In this document: piece by piece, positions 59,071 to 64,000 of the stretch
How positions within the stretch are numbered: position 1 is the stretch's first letter
How the letters are laid out: the number at the start of each line of letters is the position of its first letter
Assembly (NCBI GenBank): GCA_964016885.1
Contig: CAXHJY010001561.1
Coordinates: forward strand, 1-64,000
From: Eledone cirrhosa
Taxonomy: Eukaryota
Reading direction: 5' to 3'
Length of the DNA: 64,000 nucleotides
Program-made: the position numbers and the translations under genes
Notes under the pieces: model-generated
What the model was told of the DNA's origin: nothing
The model's input: the letters and a program-made list of their open reading frames with translations, nothing else
Databases searched by the model: none

Positions 59071-60514
59071 TGCCGTCTTGACGTTAAGCATTTGTGATTT
59101 TTCATAAAGGCATAAACCATTATTGTCCATTATTGTCTTTATAAAGAGACACCACCATTAATGTTCAATAAATTAATAATACAGTCAAGAATTTGTAGAG
59201 ATTTAGTATTTAGTATATTGGTGTTTGGAACATAACTTAACAAAGATTCTAACATGTAGTTGTGGATAGATAAATATAAGCACTAAAAAATAAACAGTTT
59301 GTATCAAAGAACCAGGGCCTGTTTCAGACGGTTCGGTATCAAAAGGGTTAAATATTATTTTGATACCTTTCACCAAACCTTTCTAGAATTAATACAATCT
59401 TTTGACTTGAGTTCATTCTATAGGTTAAAACGTAGGGTTAAATGTTCCTTGCCCCCCAAACAGTAAGCCCGTGACAATCATTTCAATTATCCATAACAAT
59501 GTATTCTTTAAGGGAGATATAATGTGGCAATGAAGTTCCCTGAAAAATAGATTGGAGGGAATAAAACAAATAAAATGTTGCTAAAAAAGGAAAACAAGTC
59601 TATATCCTTGATGAGTTAGAGAAAGATCATTAAAGTAGAAATTACGTTTTAGCTCATGTATTAACTATAGCAGTTTGGTAACTGAAGACAACAGAATTGA
59701 GAATAATAACTAGACATTTTGATCAAACAAGTCTATGTTTAAAATAATGGGTCGAGTCTGGTGCTGCTGGAAATCTAAGATAGACAAAGCAGTGAATGAG
59801 AAAAAGATAATAGCTATAAAAGAAAAGTATTCGAAATCTATTTGTCAGGTTAACAAATTTACATGAGAAGGAAAGCATAGCCATGGAGAAGGCATGAAAT
59901 AATTAGGAAAATAAGATGGATAGAGAATAACAAAAGACAGGCAAGGCATCGCATGGGGTGGGGAATAAGGCTTTACCATTTTTGTGTAATGTTACAAACC
60001 AGACGGTCATTAGGGAAAGCTGTGTGTAATTCCGTGACCACCAGGCAAAAAATAAAATAGATAAATAAATGTGTAGCATACTGTGAAGTATAAAAGAGAA
60101 TAAAAAAGGAAGCGTAGCCTAAGGCGGCCAACTGACTGGGTCAGTTATATACAGATCAAACAAAAGCGCCAGTAACTATAGCAATCAAGGAAGTGAAATC
60201 CTGTTAGCTGAAATCCCTGGCGTCTCACTACGGCGATGTGTATTATCTTCCTTTCAAAGTCATATCGAGATAACAGTATAAATACACATCATGTTAACTA
60301 CAGATGACCGATACGAGTAACAGAAAAGGCCCTTGTATCGTAAGATTAAGATTGACAATGTGCAGCTTCACTTTGATTTCTATCACAAGGATGTATATAG
60401 AGACTGCAGATGCTATCTTCCGGATCGCTGGGGATGGGGGCGCTACTAAAAGTACAGAAGTTCTTTTACAGAGAATAAAATTCAATATCTACTGGGGGGG
60501 GGGGGGGGGGGTAA

Positions 60515-60732
60515 GGGTGATAGATTGGCAGAATTGGTAGAGCGTCGGATAAAATACCATTGCGGTATTTGTTCTGGCTCTTCACATTCTGAGTTCAAAT
60601 CCCATCAAAGTCAACTTTGCCTTTCATCCTTCCGGGGTCGATAAAATAAAGTTCCAATGAAATACTGGGGTTGATTTAATCAACTTTGCCGTTCCCTAAC
60701 ATTTGCTAGCCTTGTGCCTAAATTAGAAATCA
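60515..60732 (+). mobile_element. SINE family A
   Basis: A box, B box and central domain. tatctact is repeated on both sides. Confidence 0.8.
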
Positions 60733-60789
60733 CTATCTACTAGTGTGAACAAAGTATTTAATAGGGTCTTCCGCATCTTATAACTTAAA

Positions 60790-61010
60790 AAATAATGAAA
60801 ACAGTTTTATAGCAAGTGTTGGCGGAGGTTGCCTTTTGTTTGCGGCGTTTCCTGTTCCTAACGCGACTCACAGTGGATGTCGGATACCGGTTTATCTTCA
60901 GTACTTCCAAAAAGTGTTTGGTGTGCGTGTCTCGGTCCCCCGTCCGGCTGCATTTACTCCGGGTACGTCTAAGTTCATTCCTTATGTATCCGAACTTGGC
61001 ACCAAGGAGA
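60790..61010 (-). mobile_element. Penelope-like reverse transcriptase thumb-region relic
   Basis: KFGYIRNELRRTRSKCSRTGDRDTHTKHFLEVLKINRYP resembles the PLE K.G.I..E..R....CS...F...L..NGYP pattern. Confidence 0.65.
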
Positions 61011-61119
61011 AGGACCGAAGAAGAGATTTTATCTCGAAATATCAGGACATATAAATAAATCAGGTAACACACAACATCTTGTTTCGTCTTATTTTGCATT
61101 GTCGTGGCCTTCAAACTTC

Positions 61120-61255
61120 ACATATATTTATAATGTGGATTAATGTGTAAATCTGCAGCTGGATTGAAGTGCCATTTGAGGCATACACATAAAACAATGA
61201 ACTGAAAAGACTGTTAAAACCTCATACATAGAATCGACGGGAGAGTCCATCATAT
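61120..61255 (+). mobile_element. RTE 3' end (C2H2-like terminus)
   Basis: Translates to CGLMCKSAAGLKCHLRHTHK. Confidence 0.55.
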
Positions 61256-61274
61256 ATATATATATATATACAGT

Positions 61275-61315
61275 CCGAGCTGAAGATCCGCATAAGGTGA
61301 AACAATTGTTCTCGG
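61275..61315 (+). ncRNA. Minimal type I hammerhead ribozyme
   Basis: ccgag-CTGAAGA-t cc gcataa gg t-GAAA-caattg-TT-ctcgg, in a TA-flanked island. Confidence 0.72.
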
Positions 61316-61487
61316 TATGGTGAACTAACCGTTGTGTTACTACTTTATATATATAGAGAGAGAAAGAGAGAGAGAGAGAGAGACACACACACACATATAT
61401 ATATACATGTATATCTATGTGTATATATATGTGTATATATATGTGTATATATATGTGTATATATATGTGTATATGTATATATATGTG

Positions 61488-61578
<91 letters not shown>

Positions 61579-61954
61579 CGTAATGAATGATATTAAACTG
61601 ATGTGCCGTGTGTGAAATTCGAAAATGTATTAAATACAGTGTCATAATTCTGTTTTCTGTTCAATGTCACACGCCTCATTACAGATTGAGATGTATGTAT
61701 TACATTGCATGCATGTTTCCTTCTGGGGATTGACAACATTTTTAGAAACCTATATCATGTGATGTATAAAATGATTTCTATTTTAGACTCAAGGCATTTC
61801 TTCCAGCACTTTAATAATTCTGCCAATACACCACCCTCTTATGATTTACAATTTAAGGATAGGGCCCAGCAAATTGTGGAGAAGGAACAGTTGATTGAAT
61901 CTAGAAACAGACCTCACACAGGGCCCTCATTCATTATACATATTAGTTGGACAG

Positions 61955-62170
61955 ATTTTACAGGCAAAACCAACAGGTAGGAGACCCAAAAGTAGGCACC
62001 TCCCGAACAAGAAGGTTGAATAGCATCCATGAACTTGGCTCGTCACGCTTGGGGATCCAGTCGGATTAATTGGAGACGGTTACTTCTGACATGACCCGCT
62101 GGAGGGAGTGTTTGAGGACTCTGCCCCCACGACTCTCTCTCAGGAATAAATGTGTGACGAAGAAGAAGGA
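61955..62170 (+). mobile_element. RTE LINE 3' end with (GAA)n tail
   Basis: Translates to KPTGRRPK...RLGIQSD*LETVTSDMTRWRECLRTLPPR. Confidence 0.75.
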
Positions 62171-63256
62171 GGACCGAGAGACTCTTGCTTAGTTAATGTT
62201 TACTCTTGCTGATGAGCTGGAAAATGGGTATAGCTTTCATTATATAAAATCTCCCCATTTTGCCTCATTTCTCCCCGTTTTAAGGCACTTTTTTTCATGA
62301 TACTCCCGTTTGGCTTTTTAGAGGTTGGCAGGGCTGATCTAAAGGTTGCCATTCTTCACAGGAATAAGTGGGTGAAGAAGAAGAAGAAGAAGTCTCAAGT
62401 CTAGTAATTTGGAGGAAGAAGAAATGAGGATTAAATCAACGTCAGTTTTTAACTGCATTTTATCGACTCCAAGTCGACCTCGGCAGGATTCGAACTGGAA
62501 TATGAAGAGTTGGAAGAAATCCGCGAAGCTTTTTAGCGGAAACTTTAACGATTCTGACCATCTACCGCACTATTTAAGTGTTTAGAATAATGATCGTAGT
62601 CATTTCTATTATCTGTGTGTGTAAGTATCTGTGGGGGGGGGGGGGGGCGTGTGCAATAATATTGTGTAATAATATATATAACTGTAGAGTGAATATTTAT
62701 TTATGGTTGACTTCTCTCACTTGCAATAATTTCTTAAATTTCGACATAAAAATAAAATCAAAAATTTGGTGCCGGTTTGAATTGTTAAGAAAAACAGATG
62801 AAGTAAAAGGTTAAACACAAATAAAATAAAATAAAATAAAATAAAATAAAAAAACAAATGATATCGAATTAAACAGGAAGTGTCGAAGATAGAAAAAACA
62901 ATTCAAAAATAAAAGGGAACAAAAAGGGAATCAGAATGAAACGAAAAGAGACGTGAAATGTGTTAGGAAATAAATAGTGAAGATATTAATGATAAAATAA
63001 ATAGCAAAATATATTTTACGTAGATCAGTGTAAATATGTGTTGAGTTAAGACCAGAGTTCGGGCGCGTTGATAGATATTACAGTATTACTACACTGTACA
63101 TACAATCTTATTGTAACGTGACAATGATAGAAAAGCCAATTTGAATGTATTTTTTTTCATTACTAGCAAATAAATTCGACCCTACCTGACTCCTACGCCA
63201 TTGCTGAAAAATACATTAACGGAGGGAAAAAAATTAACAGAACAATCTGACACACG

Positions 63257-63286
<30 letters not shown>

Positions 63287-63290
<4 letters not shown>

Positions 63291-63550
63291 GAAGGAGCTT
63301 CTACAGGACTAGTACTGTTTCATTCAGATGAAATCTTCAGGAAGCTGGGTGTCATATTAAGTTCTGGTATTTATATATTCTTGTATAAATACCAGAACTT
63401 AATATGACACCCAGCTTCCTAAAGATTTCATCTGAATGAAACAGCACTAGTCCTGTAGAAGCTCCTTCTATAAAATAAAAAAATTTACTCTGCCATGTAT
63501 TAAGTACCTTACTTACTGTGATTATCCCCGACTCAACCCGGGACCTACGT
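63287..63550. mobile_element. PLE-like head-to-head insertion (89-bp arms, 8-nt spacer, ~78-nt extension)
   Basis: Arms 63287-63375 and 63384-63472, with TA flanks. Confidence 0.8.
63296..63346 (-). ncRNA. Type I hammerhead ribozyme with looped stem III
   Basis: agcttc-CTGAAGA-t ttc atct gaa t-GAAA-cag tactagtc ctg-TA-gaagct. The mirror copy at 63413-63463 has CTAAAGA. Confidence 0.8.
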
Positions 63551-63551
63551 G

Positions 63552-63604
<53 letters not shown>

Positions 63605-63724
63605 ATAATAAATGTGAAGACTAAATATATATATATATGTGTGTGTGTAAATATATATAAATATGTATATATGTATATATATATATGTGTGTGTGTGCGT
63701 ATATATATATATATGTGTGTGTGC

Positions 63725-63776
<52 letters not shown>

Positions 63777-63874
63777 ATAATAAATGTGAAGACTAAATAT
63801 ATATATATATATATGTGTGTGTGTGTAAATATATATAAATATGTATATATGTATATATATATATATATGTGTGC

Positions 63875-63937
<63 letters not shown>

Positions 63938-64000
63938 TGTGTGAATGTATATATGTGTTGTTATTGTTATCAATGTCCGACAAAATGATTTGCGGTATTT

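Noticed and set aside
59740-60040. Decayed LINE RT region
   Set aside because: The composition is suggestive but I could not read a diagnostic motif.

Overview
AT-rich, microsatellite-saturated eukaryotic non-coding DNA. The SINE/LINE repertoire and the (TA)n/(TACA)n/(GATA)n load suggest a cephalopod (Octopus-like) intergenic or intronic region; this is inferred, not searched. I can support no intact protein-coding gene, rRNA, tRNA gene or CRISPR array. The long ORFs in the track are translations of simple repeats. The window holds tRNA-derived SINEs, RTE/L2/RLE LINE relics, hAT MITEs, a non-autonomous Helitron and short segmental duplications. The main signal is about 19 type I hammerhead ribozyme (HHR) motifs, about 14 with intact cores, from at least 7 sequence families. 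Most lie in short islands inside (TA)n tracts. Many islands share one layout: two 5'-truncated copies joined head-to-head, with only one carrying an 80-160 nt 3' extension. This fits microsatellite-targeting Penelope-like (PLE) non-autonomous elements. Two insertions of one family start at the same base plus an extra G, hinting at a short capped ribozyme-bearing RNA template. Other features of note are fold-back inversions at retro-insertion junctions and a 42-bp minisatellite made from a Helitron 5' junction. Coordinates were counted by eye and may be a few bases off.
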